64,000 nt of DNA, from NCBI RefSeq assembly GCF_963921235.1, contig NC_086100.1, positions 199,022,001 through 199,086,000 of the forward strand. Direction: 5' to 3'. Below the pieces are notes generated by a model that saw only the letters and a list, made by a program, of their open reading frames with translations, did no database searches and had not been told where the DNA came from. This document shows, one piece after another, positions 1 to 11,994 of this stretch (within the stretch, counting starts at the first letter, position 1; each line of letters opens with the position of its first letter). The position numbers and the translations under genes were made by a program. Source of the DNA: Mobula hypostoma (lineage: Eukaryota).

Positions 1-435
1 TCCGTCGGCCCAAATGGATAACATAATGCAGGCACAAGCAACTAACGTATTCAAAAACTGTTCACTCTAAGCACGGTGTAGTGTCAAATGGCCTCACAAG
101 TGCACACAACTGCTGCTAGTTAGAAATGGTTCTGCAAGTCTCCTGTCCCAATTAAACAGAAAAGTGTCCCAAATAAATGAAGAGAATCTCAGCTTTTTTC
201 CTCAATTTAATTTTCGTTTTTTTAAGAGTTGTCCTAAATAAACACTGCCCTGATTAGCCAGTGGCCCAATTAACTGGAATCCACTGTACCTAATTTGTAC
301 TCCGTTAAATGGTAATTTGTCTGTTCTATATCTTTTTAACTATTTCCATAAAACTTCAGCTAACTGGGGCAACCACTTAATTGGGCCAAAATATACTGCT
401 CCTGATCTGTCCCAATTAGTCAGAACCTACTGTAC
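1..435. mobile_element. TcMar/Tigger-like MITE remnants
   Basis: Two related termini ending in CTG|TA (taactggaatccactgta near 288; agtcagaacctactgta near 434) with repeated cccaatt subterminal motifs. Confidence 0.4.
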
Positions 436-644
436 ATCCCTGAGATTCATTCTCTGAGACACAGGCCCAGGGTGGGACAAAGGACTAATACTGGTTCAGG
501 TCAGAAAGGGTACAGTGGGACAGATCAGCATTGGCCCTCCGAGCCACCATCATCCTGACTTGGAAATACAACACTGTTTCTCCACTGTCGCTGGGTTAAA
601 ATCCTGGAACAACCTCCCCAACAGCAATGTGGTTATGTCCCAGA

Positions 645-1335
645 CATGGCGTGGTGGTTAGTGCAATACGTTACTGAACTAGCGACTGGGTTTCAACTCC
701 CACCACTGTCTGTAAGGATTTTCTACTGTACATTCTCTCAGTGACCGCGTGGGTTTCCTCCGGGTGCTCCAGTTTCCTTCCACATTCTCAAGATGAAAGG
801 ATTAGGGGCAGTAATTTGTGAGCATGCTATGTTGGCACCAGAAGTGAGGTGACTAATATGGGCTATTCCCCAACCCCCAAGCACATCCTTGGACTGTGTT
901 AGTTGTTGATGCAAACAACGCATTTCCCTACAAGTTTCAATGTACATGTGACCAATTAAGCTAATCTTAAAGATCATAGTACTTAATCAGATTCAGATTT
1001 ATTTATCACGTACATTGATCGTACAGTAAAATGCATCATTTGTGTTGGCATAGCTGTTGGCACAACGCTGTTACAGCTCGGGGCGTTGGAATTCAGAGTT
1101 CAATTCCAATGTCATCTGTGAAGGAGTTTGCATGTCCCTCCCCGTGAATACGTGGGTTTCCTCTGGGTGCTCTGGTTTCCACACACAGTCCAAAGATGTA
1201 CCAGTTAGAAGGTCAACTGGTCATTATAAATTGCCCTGTAATTAGGCTTGGGTTAAATGTGTGAGTTGCTGGTGATGCAGCTCAAAGAGCCGGTCGGGCC
1301 TGTTCCAAGCTGTATTTCTAAACAAATAAATAAAA
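645..1335 (+). mobile_element. Two HE1-like V-SINE copies (others at about 4410-4680, 6180-6380, 6970-7160(-), 26893-27160, 27560-27780, 38380-39000, 54430-54560(-), 61565-61860)
   Basis: tRNA-like head with A/B-box remnants, V-domain gtgggtttcctccgggtgctcc(a/g)gtttcctcccaca..ccaaaga, and a (taaa)n tail. Confidence 0.8.
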
Positions 1336-1618
1336 GGCCAAAGGTGAGGTGAGGACAGCACACATTCCATTGCCAACATAGCACGTTCACAATGCATGAT
1401 CACCTCAAAGACTACAGTGGTTGAGAAAAGGCAGTTCAGTACCAGCTTCTTAAGGGCAACCAAGTATGGACAATTAAATGCTGGCTCAGCCCGCATCTCT
1501 TGAACAAAGGTCGAGACCATGATCTCACTGCAATCGGCAGTGACCCAAACCCTCAGCCCCGATACAGGTGGGCAATCCCTTTGGGTACTGTGCACAGCTG
1601 GACCCCAGATTTACCCAC

Positions 1619-1803
1619 CTCAGCTGAGCCTCTGTACAAACTGGATCCCTTTGGATCGGGGAAGCTTTTCAGCCCTGTTGGCTGCAGCGGAGGATCGCAC
1701 AGGAAACTTCTCCGCAATCCGCAGAAGGTGTCCGGGTATCTCTGGTCACTGTCGCCGTTGGATCCATCTTCATCATCGTAGGTGCCCTCCTCTTCACTGG
1801 AAT
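1619..1803 (-). CDS. Internal coding exon of an unidentified gene (acidic segment DSSEEEGTYDDEDGSNGDSDQRYPDTFCGLRRSFLCDPPLQPTGLKSFPDPKGSSLYRGSAE)
   Basis: Minus-strand acceptor ggctcttgtcactgctacag|ATT at 1804/1803 and donor GAG|GTGGGT at 1619/1618 (alternative G|GTAAAT at 1615). Open phase-1 frame in non-repetitive, CpG-retaining sequence. Downstream exons were not found and probably lie left of the window. Confidence 0.7.
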
Positions 1804-1886
1804 CTGTAGCAGTGACAAGAGCCCATCATACACCAGTGCTGCTTCTCAGCGTGGGCTCCCAGCTAGAGACACCAAGCCCAACTCAC

Positions 1887-2013
1887 CTCCTGGCACTGAG
1901 CCGAACCTTGCCTCAGGTCCCCAGACACAGGCAAATATACAGGCGAGGAATAAGAGTCCACTCGGCCCCTTGGACCTGTCCTGCCCTGTGCCCCAACTAT
2001 TTAAAGCAAGCAT
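1887..2013 (-). CDS. Candidate proximal alternative first exon (MLALNSWGTGQDRSKGPSGLLFLACIFACVWGPEARFGSVPG); may be non-coding
   Basis: Consensus donor GAG|GTGAGT at 1887/1886 with an 83-nt intron to the 1803 acceptor. ATG at 2013 gives phase 1, in frame with exon 1619-1803. A TATA-like TTTAAATAG near 2000 could instead make it an untranslated exon. Confidence 0.35.
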
Positions 2014-2094
2014 CTCGCATGCTTTCCTCACCACCCTATCTACTTATGCTGTCATTTTTAGGGGAAAGTTCAAAGTAAATTTATTATCAAAGTA

Positions 2095-2505
2095 CATATA
2101 GTCATAGTCATACTTTATTGATTCTGGGGGAAATTGGTTTTCGTTACAGTTGCACCATAAATAATTAAATAGTAATAAAACCATAAATAGTTAAATAGTA
2201 ATATGTAAATTATGCCAGGAAATAAGTCCAGGACCAGCCTATTGGCTCTGGGTGTCTGACCCTCCAAGGGAGGAGTTGTAAAGTTTGATGGCCACAGGCA
2301 GGAATGACTTCCTATGACGCTCTGTGTTGCATCTCGGTGGGATGAGTCTCTGGTTGAATGTACTCCTGTGCCTACCCAGTACATTATGTAGTGGATGGGA
2401 GACATTGACCAAGATGGCATGCAACTTAGACAGCATCCTCTTTTCAGACACCACCGTCAGAGAGTCCAGTTCCATCCCCACAACATCACTGGCCTTACAA
2501 ATGAA
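2095..2505 (-). mobile_element. Rex1/Babar LINE 3' fragment
   Basis: C-terminal peptide SHPLH...RHRKSFLPVAIKLYN and (gactat)n tail. The same tail recurs at about 30495-30615 on the + strand. Confidence 0.7.
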
Positions 2506-2614
2506 TATATGTTGCCATAACACAAGAAAATCCAGAACAACACACACAAAATTCTGGAGGAACACAGTAGGCCAGGCAGCGACTATGGAGTCGATGTTTC
2601 GGGCTGAAATCCTT

Positions 2615-2770
2615 CATCGGGACTGTGAAGGAAGGAGGAAGATGTTAAAATCCCCCTTTCCCATTTTCCCCCTTCCTTTCCAATCCCACCCTTCACTAGG
2701 ATTGGAAAGGAAGGGGGAAAATGGGAAAGGGGGATTTTAACATCTTCCCCCTTCCTTCACAGTCCCGATG
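2615..2770. repeat. Near-perfect inverted repeat: 72-bp arms, 12-nt spacer
   Basis: 2615-2686 is the reverse complement of 2699-2770 with one mismatch. Confidence 0.95.
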
Positions 2771-2883
2771 GTTGGGAAGTAATAACTGTTCCTGAACCAG
2801 GTGGTGTGGGACCTTAGGCTCCTGTACCACCTGCCCAATGGTAGAAACAAAAAGAGAGCATAGCCTGGTTGGTGGGAAACCTT

Positions 2884-3370
2884 AAACACAAGAGATTCTG
2901 CAGATGCTGAAGATCTTGAGCAACATACAAACAAATGCTGGCAGAACACAGCAAGTTCAGCAGCTTCTGTGAAGGGGAATGAACAGTTGATGTTTTAGGC
3001 TTACACCCTTCATCAGGACTAGAAAGGAAAGTGGAAGAAACCAGAATAAGAAGGTGGGAGCAGGAGAAGGGGAACAAGTTGGCAGATGATAGATGAGACC
3101 AGGTGAGGAGGAAGGTGAGTGGGTGGGAGAGGGGGGAATGGAGTGAAAAGCTGAGAGGTGACAGGTGGAAGAGGTAAAGGTCTGAAGAAGGAATCTGATC
3201 GAAGAGGACGTTGGACCATGAGAAAAAGGGAAATAGAGGGAGGCGATGGGCAGGTGAGGAGAAGAGAAGGAATGAGAGGGGAACCTGAATAGAGAATGGG
3301 GAAAAAAGAGGTGGGGGGGAGCGGAAGAGATTACTGGAAATTGGAGAAATTGATGTTCATGCCATTAAGA
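2884..3370 (-). mobile_element. Penelope-like element 3' fragment and pseudo-LTR (related pieces at 2520-2640, 5595-5780, 7340-7730, 11600-11695, 26500-26885, 52998-53050)
   Basis: Matches the 3' end of the element at 35025-37565 (GMNINFSNF C-terminus, purine-rich tract, acacacaaaatgctggaggaactcagcagg motif). Confidence 0.8.
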
Positions 3371-3436
3371 AGGTAGTGATGGGGGAGGGACAGCAGAAGA
3401 TAGCTCATCACAGGAGAGGACAATACCACCATTTAC

Positions 3437-3539
3437 CAAAGACGTGATGCTGCATCATGGCCGACTCGGTGTCAAAGAGAAACTGATGAACATGAACTGG
3501 ATTGTCCTCCAACACGTTTTCAAACAGAGTTTCCATATT
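3437..3539 (-). CDS. Coding exon (N)METLFENVLEDNPVHVHQFLFDTESAMMQHHVF of the same gene; possible start-codon exon
   Basis: Strong acceptor ccttcttttctctcttgcag|AAT and donor TTG|GTAAAT. 103 nt = 34 codons + 1, so it joins exon 1619-1803 in frame. ATG at 3536 has Kozak context (AATATGG). Confidence 0.65.
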
Positions 3540-3939
3540 CTGCAAGAGAGAAAAGAAGGGTAACAGTCACCAGTAAGAGCAGGCAAAAGCAAGCAATTCT
3601 GCAGTGAACAGGACCCAGAGAATACTAAACAAGCCTTGGTCTTTTGTCTCCTCTCCTCAGGGCACAGACTGCATCCACCTTCAACCCATCTACACTGCAA
3701 CACTCACCAACCTTGTCACCTCCAGACCAGTCAATGCCAATGCTCCACCAAAGTGAACACATTCCGCACAATGAGATTGCAAATTTATACTGTAGGTTCA
3801 AATATAGTCCGTACATTGGGTGGGAAATCCGTTCAGAACTGGAGGTGACATCAGTGCAGAGAGGAGAATGAAAGGGGCAGTGGCCAAGCAAAAGGACACA
3901 AATGTGATGAGGCCCTCCGTTGGTCAGGGTCATATATAC

Positions 3940-5490
3940 ATATGGCATCCTCGCTGTCTACGTGATACACAAGCAAGGGCAGTACAATATGGAGAGCACT
4001 GTAGCATGAGCTGTTGCCTATGAACAGGCTCCCCCCCTCCACGCAGCTGATGAATCCAAAGGAACGGCAGAGATCAATACAGTTTGGCACCAGCAGTAGC
4101 AGGAGTTGCCAGATAGCATTAAGCTCAATGCAGGCTGCTTTAGGGACTCCATCTCTGAATTTTTTCCATGGGGTTTAGTCCCAAAGCCTATCCATGCGTG
4201 GGTATAGCCACAAGGCAGCAGAGTTTTGAGATCAGAATTTTCCTTCTCCTAGGTAAGCTGCTAACCACAGCTGATGAGCTCGAAGCGACTGGTTTTAAGG
4301 TGCCAGTAACTCACCTCTCTCCTTCTCCTGTCAGTAGAAATGGTTTCTCTGGAACAGGAACATCGAAGCATACAGTGAAATGTGTCATATGTGTTGGCAA
4401 TCAACACCGCTGGCTGCCACAGTTAGCGCAGCACTATTACAGCTCTGGAGTACAGGGATCCATTCCAGTGCTGTCTATAAGGTGTTTGCACGCTCTCCCT
4501 GTGAACGCGGGGTTTCATCCGAGTGCTCCGGTTTCCTCTCGCCGTCCAAAAGCGTACCGGTTAGTAGGTCATTGCAAATTGTCCTGTGATTAGGCTGGGG
4601 TTAAACTGGTGGTTTGCTGGGCGGTGCAGGGTGCGGCTCGTTGGGCCGCAAGGGCCTGTTCTGCACTGCATCTCTAAACACGAGAATGTCCTGGGCCCAG
4701 CCTGGGAGTGCATTAGGGTTTGAAGGCCCCAAACGACCAAGAGGGTCAGCAGCCCTCCTGCCTCAACGAATTTCTGATCCCAGGACCTGCCGATCTGGGG
4801 TGGGATGTCAGTTACCAGCTCATGTCCTTGCTATTCTTGTTAGCCCATCGACATCTGTCCACAGGGATCGCTGGCCTTCGACCCGGACTCTAAATTCCCC
4901 AATTTTCTGTCCCTCAACGCGAACCTGGTTAACCCTATCCAGGCTATTGAATGAACTGAATTTACATGGTAGGTGTGGCTTCTCAGATTCAAACATCATT
5001 AGTCCAACAGGAAGGATGTGGTGGGGATAAATACTCCCAATGGCATGTGTCTCAAACAGCCTCTGACAACCAAGTGCAGCTCCTATCCTTCACATCCATC
5101 TTAGCTGCTCAGCCCAGCAGAACCAATTCTACTGACAGAAGGGGCAAAACCAGTCACCCCAGGCAGATGGGGTTCTTCAACCGTCAATGACAGCTCATCT
5201 AGGAGAAGGAAAACTCTGATCCCAAACTTCTGTCGTCTTGCAGCTACACCCACTCAGGAGGAAGACTTCGAGGGTAAACCCCAAGGAAAAATCTGGAGGT
5301 GGAGTCTCTAAGGCAGTCATGAGTTCATCACTGTCTGGCAAATCCTGTGACGTTGTTGGTGCCAAACTGTATCCGTCTCTGTCGTTCCTTTGGCTTCATC
5401 AACTGTGTGGAGGGGGAAGAGCCTGTTGCACGGGCAACAGCTTGCTCCCCATATCATGTGCCTTGGCTTAGGTATCATATAGGATGCAAC
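3940..5490. mobile_element. Two inverted copies of an RTE-type 5'UTR-derived element (about 3940-4340 minus; about 5120-5490 plus)
   Basis: Shared ctaggagaaggaaaa(c/t)tctgat and ggtgccaaactgtat...cctttgg(a/c)ttcatca motifs in opposite orientations. Confidence 0.55.
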
Positions 5491-8400
5491 ATCTATGTTC
5501 GTGCCTGGGGGGGGAGAGGAGAGGGGGAGCGGGAGAGGAGAGGGGGAAGGGGAGAGGAGGGGGGAGAGGGAGGCATAGAGATTTTTAGGAGGACAAGCTA
5601 GAAGGTGATAGGTGAAGCCAGGTGGTGAGTGGGGGGAGGGAATGAAGTAAGAAGCTCAAAGGTTCCACCTGTAAGTCGAATGGCTGGAGGAAGAATCTGG
5701 TGGAGGAGAAGAGAACAAGGAGGAGGAAGGGCACTGGGGGAAGCGATAGGCGGGCGAGGAGAAGAGCTAAGAGGCCTACAACTAGGGAGTACAGGTTAAA
5801 GGTGAGAGGGGAGAAATTAAAAGATCAGAGGCAAGTTGCTTAACAGAGAAGTTAGAGGGTACATGGAATGAGCTGCCAGAGGCGGTGGTTGCAATTATAA
5901 CATTTTAAAGGCAATTGGACAGATACTTGAATAGGAAAAGCAAAGTATATGGGCCTAATCTGGGTAAATGGAATTATGTAGCTAGTTATCATGGCTGGCA
6001 TGGACGAGGTGCTCTGAAAGACCTCCTATCTGCGCAGTACCTATCAATCTTATTGTAAAGCACTTTGAAAAACATCATTTTTATGAAATGTACTCTATAG
6101 ATAAGTTATTACTATTATTAATAATTCTATTACAATTTCCCAAGAAACTGGTGTATTTTGAAAGACAATCAGGCTCATCAGTAATTTCACTACAGTGCCA
6201 GTGATCCTGGTTCATTTCTCACCACTGTCTAAAAGGAGTTAGTAAGTTCTCTCCACGACTGTGTGGGTTCCTCCAGGTGCTCCAGTTTCCTCCCACAATC
6301 CAAAGACGCACCACTCAGTAGGTTAATTGGTCACGTGGGTGTAATTGGCTGCAGGGCGGGGCCTGTTTACCATGGTGCATAGAAACATCGAAAAACTAAG
6401 GCACAATACAGGCACTTTGGCCCACAAAGTTGTACCCAACATGTCCTTACCTTAGAAATTACCAAGGGTTACCCACAGCCCTCTATCTTTCTAAGCTCCA
6501 TATACCTGTCCAGGAGTCTCTTAAAAGACCCTATCGTATCCACCTCTACCGCCATCGCCGGCAGCCCATTCCACGCACTCACCACTCTCTGTAAAAAACT
6601 TACCTCTGACATCTCCTCTGTACCTACTCCCAAGCACCTTAAACCTGTGCCCTCTCATGCTAGCCATTTCAACCCTGGGAAAAAGCCTCTGACTATCCAC
6701 ACGCATCTCTAAATAAAAATTAAAATCAACATTCTTCAGAGAAGGGAATCTGACATCATTACTTGGTGTGATCCCTGTTTGCCTCCTGGCCCACAGCAAT
6801 GTCAGCTGGCGTCTAAAATAGACAGAAATGTTCCCTCACTGCTCCCCAACTCTTCGACCACATGCTCACCCCTCTTTCACTGCCTTCGGAAATGGCACAA
6901 CGACGCACTAAATTCAGGGGAGTCTTGGAATGAGGAATCCATAGGTAACCTGGATTACCTATATTTAATTTATTGAGATACAGCACAGAATAGGTCCCTC
7001 CGACCCTTCAAGCCACACTGCCCAGTAACCCAACTTAACTCAGCTAATCATAGGACAATTTACAATTACCTACCAACCAGTATGTCTTTGGACTGTGGGA
7101 GGAAACCCACATGGTCACGAGGAGAACGTACAAACTCCTTACAGACAACAGCAGGAACACGGGATTGGAAAGGTTTAGAGGGGTATGGGCCAAACCCAGC
7201 AAACTGGTTTAGCTTGAGTGAGGAGTTGTAGCTATCACAAACAAGTTTTCATGTGGTGAAGTTAAATACAGGCATTCCCCTTCCAGAGATGAGCAAAGGG
7301 TGAACAGTGAACATTGATGGGGGAGGGAGTAAGAAGACTCGTACATACAATCTGCTGGAGGAACTCAGCAGGTCAGGCAGCATCTATGAATGGGAATAAA
7401 CAGTCGACGTTTTGGGCCGAGACCCTTCTTCAGGACTGGCAAGGAGTCAGCATAAGAAGGTGGGGGAGGGGAGGAAGAAGTACAAGGTGGCAGGTGATAG
7501 GTGAAACCAGGAGTGAAGTGAAGAGCTGAGAAGACTATGGAAGAAAGGGAAGGGGCAGAGCACCGGAGGGAGGTAATGGGCAGATAAGGAGATAAGGTGA
7601 AAGGGAATGGGGGAAATGGTAAAAAGGGTGGGGCAATTATCAGAAGTTCAAGAAATCAATGTTCATGCCATCAGGTTGGAGTGCAAGGTGTTGCTCCTCC
7701 AGTCTGAGTGTGGTCTTATTGTGGCAGTCTATGAGCAATGAGACTATAAGACATAGCAGCAGAATTAGGCCATTTGGCCCATCAGGTCTACTACACCATT
7801 CGATCAAGACTAATTTATTTTCCCTCTCAACCGCATTCTCCCTGTAACCTTTGACGCCCTTACTAGGGTAGGAACCCCAGGGGAAGAGGAACTACACACT
7901 GTCACTGCAGATGTCCCTGTGAACAGTAACTAAAATCAGGAAGAGGGGAGAATGTGGGGATGGCGGGGCGAACAAATAGAGATTGGCAGGTGGGAGGCCT
8001 GAAACAACTGACCATCGCATATCACAAGAAACTCCTTCCAGTGACGTGGACCACACACTGGACATAGCATGGGAACAAACCATAATTCCTTGAAAGAAGT
8101 GCTTGGTACGTTGGCCTTCATAAATTAAAGTATCGAGTATAGGAGTTGGGATGTTACAGTAAATTGTATAAGACGCTGGGGAGGTCTAATTTTCAATTAT
8201 TCTCACAGTTTGGTGACCTATCTACAAGAAAGATGTCAATAAGATTGAAAGAGTACAGAGAAAAGGATGTTGAAGAACTTGAGGAACAGAGAAGCTAACA
8301 CTTCACACTGAAATTGTAGGTGTCCTGACTCGCTAGATCAGTACCTGAGTAGTCACCATCCGATTGTCCTGCTGGTCATGTTGGTAAATGTTTACTGTAG

Positions 8401-9587
8401 GCTTCAAAGGTAACACGAAGTGATCCTCTGCAAAGGAAAAGCAAATTGTAGAGGAATTTTAAAAATCCCCGTTTCACCGCAGAAAGCCCACTGACGGGAC
8501 CAGTTACTGGCTGCCTACCAGCAATTCCCTGCCACACTCGCTCCCCTGACCTCGTCTCAGCTGGGGGAAAGAGGGGAGAGGCTGACTCACTTTGTTTCCA
8601 GGATCCAATCCCAGGTTACAGAAAAAGGATCCATCTATTCCCCGTCTGAACGGAAAACATTCCATATTGATGTGACCAAATGCTCACACCATAACGAACA
8701 CCCAGATTATTATTTTTGAACAGCAAATACTCAGAAACCAGGAAACAGTCTGAGAGGCCCTGGTGAACCTTGCTTCTTTATGTATCACTGTTCTTTTCAC
8801 TTCACCTCTGGAATACAGCAAGAGCATTCATCTCTTTGAACATATTATGTACTGTTGAATATTCCATGAGTCAGCTTTCATTTTTACCTACATTGACCCA
8901 ACCACAACCTGTGGAGTTATATCCCTCAGAAGGAACCAAACCAAAGCCAACCTCGAAATCTGATCCCTCTCCATCCAGTCTCAACAATAATTTGGGAGAA
9001 TCCTCCAGGATTGCATGAAGCGCTTCCCAATGCTGGCCCTGAACTTGAGCAGCACAAGAGCATCTCTCTGTCTGCACTGGCAGACACTTCAACCACTGAA
9101 TAACATCAACTCTTAGATGATCAGGATTCAGGAAATACCTGGCTCTTTATAACCCATTCCGACTCTAACCCTGTATTAGTCTAGTAAGTGCATTCGTTCC
9201 ACATACCGTGGCTCCTATCTCTTCATCCCTGGGACAATGACACCATAATCTATGCCATCATAACCCATCGCCCATTACATCATAACCTGTGACTTCTGGG
9301 CCTATGATGTCATAACCCATGATTTGGGGTGGGGCTGTGATGTCATGGGCATGGCATGTGGCATCACCACTTGTAGCTTCGGGGCCTATGACATGGTGGC
9401 CTCTGATGTCATGACCGTGACATCAGAGGCTCAGTGGTATTGGATTGGGCAATATAATTGCAATTTTCTGTGAGATTAACAACTTATGCCTACTATTTTA
9501 TATAACTACTTATATATATGTAACTGTTTAGTATGTTCCCTAGTGGTCACAGTATGTACATGCAGTTGTTCAGTGTGTCCCCTAGTG

Positions 9588-10681
9588 CAGGGGTCCCCAA
9601 GCTTCTTTGCACCGCGGACCATTTTAATATTGACAATATTCTTGCGGACCGGCCAACTGGGGAGCGGGTGGTGTTCAAGTAGGGTTAAACTCACCTCAAC
9701 ATGTCTTTTACAGTTCGGGTTGTCAACTTTCTCACTCCCAAATAAGGGACAAAAGTAGCAGTCAAATACGGGACACTTGTGTTTACCCTGAGAAAGACTA
9801 CCATAACCATGAAGCCTTGCGCGGGCACCTGTGTGCGCATGTGTGATGTGCGCAGGCATGTATATGCCAATTTTTTTTACACAAATCGGTTTTGGCTTAA
9901 TCTTCCCGACTACACTGTACATACATTATTTCTACTTTATATAGGCTGTGTATTTGTGGGCATGTGGCCAAGTGGTTAAGGCATTGGACTAGCAACCTGA
10001 AGGTTGTGAGTTCGAGCCACAGCCGAGGGAACGTGTTGTGTCCTTGAGCAAGGCACTTAATCACACATTGCTCTGCGACGACACTGGTGCCAAGCTGTAT
10101 GGGTCCTAATGCCCTTCCCTTGGACAACATCGGTGTCATGGAGAGGGGAGACTTGCAGTATGGGCAACTGCCGGTCTTCCATACAACCTTGCGCAGGCCT
10201 GCGCCCTGGAGAGTGAAGACTTTCCAGGCGCAGATCCATGGTCTCGCAAGACTAACGGATGCCTTTAAAGGCTGTGTATCTATCTTATCATTCCTGCTTT
10301 TACTATATGTTAGTGTTATTTTAGGTTCTATGTGTTATTTGGTATGATTTAGTAGGTTATTTTTTGGGTCTAGGAATGCTCAAAAATTTTTCCCATATAA
10401 ATTAATGATAATTGCTTCTTCGCTTTACGCCATCTCGGCACGAAAGGTTTCATATGAATGCTCTACCTTAGCAGGGGAAATACGGGACAAGGACGGTCCC
10501 ATATGGGACAAACCAATTTAGCCCAATATACAGGATGTCCTGGCAAATACGGGACAACTGGCAACCCTATGTTCAAACTCAACAGTGCGTGACAGGGAAT
10601 GAGGAAAGGTGCAGCTGACTCATATCGTTTCCTCGCGGCCCGGTAGCACATGCTTTGCGGCCCGGTGGTTGGGGACCACTG
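9588..10681. mobile_element. Non-autonomous hAT (Charlie-like) DNA transposon carrying nested insertions
   Basis: TIRs caggggtccccaa / ttggggaccactg (one mismatch) and a perfect 8-bp TSD CCCTAGTG at 9580-9587 and 10682-10689. Confidence 0.9.
9955..10268 (+). mobile_element. Young tRNA-derived SINE with CORE-like centre (also about 34533-34845 + and about 38590-38902 -)
   Basis: A box tggccaagtgg, B box gagttcgagcc, CORE-like gtgtccttgagcaaggcacttaa, and TSD AGGCTGTGTAT at 9943-9953 and 10269-10279. Three highly similar copies occur in the window. Confidence 0.9.
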
Positions 10682-10989
10682 CCCTAGTGGTTAGTTATTT
10701 GTATGATTCTGGAAAGCTCTCTGGAATCACATTATTTGAGTAGGTGCTATTGATTAGTTAACTCTCATCTATAAATTTGAATATCTTATAAGAAGGGCAC
10801 AGCTTATAGCCTTGCCATCTTTATTCTTTTCCTTTCCTTTTTGTTCTTGCATACCTTTACCAATTTGCTTTGTCCTGCTAGCGCTTAGTAAAACAACTGT
10901 GAAGCAGCAAGTTTCATGCCTCTTTCTTGACTTCTGGAAGAACCTTGGATTCAAAACATCATAATCCAACACTGGGGAAGGGTAAAGTC

Positions 10990-11460
10990 AGGCAGGACTG
11001 CAGTGATCGGAGACTTGATAGCTGGAAGGGGTGGAGTTCTGGAAACTTTAGGATGGTGCCAGGGTTGAGAATGTCTCTGAGCAGCAGCAGAACATTCTCA
11101 AGGGGCATCATTCATATTGGACAAATGACCTAGATAGAAAGGGGTCAAGGTCCTGTAGAGAAAACATGGGGAGATAGGAAAAAGTTAAAAATCAGGACCT
11201 CGGGGGTAGTAATCTCCAGATTGCTCGCTGGGCCACATACCCAGTGAGAGTTAGAACAGAAGGATGCAGAAGATCAATGTGTGGTTGAAGAATTAGTTCA
11301 GGAGGCTGGGATTGAGATCTCTTCTACGGCAGAGGTGACATGTATGAGACAGACAGTTTAAAGCCAACTGGAGGGGGGCCTGGCTGAGAGATTTGCTCGT
11401 GGTACCAGAGTGGTTTTAAACTAGTTTGGCGGGGGGGGGCGCAGTAAGGTTGAGGATGGG
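10990..11460 (+). mobile_element. CR1 LINE ORF1 (SGNH/esterase-like) remnant
   Basis: Degenerate AVIGD(S)I and HIG(T)NDL motifs typical of CR1 ORF1 esterase. Confidence 0.55.
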
Positions 11461-11994
11461 AGACTGAAACATAGAACATTATAGCACAATATAGGCCCTG
11501 CAGCCCCTGATGTTTATTTAACCTACTCAAAGGTCAACCTAACCTTTCCCTCTCACATAAAAATGCCTCTTATTTATCTATCTCTACCACAACCCAATCC
11601 CAAGGATGGGTCTCAGCCTAAAACATCAACTATGCATTTCTCTCCTTAGATGTCACCTGACCTTCTGAGTTACTCTAGTATTTTGTGTGTTTCTTCGAAG
11701 AGCATAACTCCCCTTTACACAGCAGGGGCCTCCCGCCATTTTGCATACCCAGAAGACACAGAAGACAAGGTAAGAATGCAAACAAAGGATCCCAGCGCGA
11801 TATTTACTTGTCTAATTCTGAAGTGTTATTGGTCTTTAATATGTGGATTCTATTGGCTATTAATACCAGTATTATATTTGTGATTGGTGATTAATTATTT
11901 AAATAAGGAATTTGAACATACGTAAGTTTACCAATTGATCAGTATTTATACTCAGCTAGTCAATTTCTGTGTAAAAATTGCATTTTTTTTTAAC

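Noticed and set aside
1619..1803. Possible resemblance of the acidic exon to SPSB3 or TINF2 segments
   Set aside because: Only low-complexity acidic similarity recalled from memory, not enough to assign a gene symbol.
6754..6811. Minus-strand exon-like segment (TPADIAVGQEANRDHT)
   Set aside because: Weak donor, and the phase does not join the neighbouring candidate exons.
9958..10030. tRNA-like sequence (also near 34536 and 38830-38900)
   Set aside because: It is the head of a multicopy SINE with a TSD and has no complete cloverleaf.
11722..11769. Plus-strand exon-like segment with AAG|GTAAGA donor (GASRHFAYPEDTEDK)
   Set aside because: Isolated, with no compatible plus-strand partner exons, and antisense to the better-supported gene.
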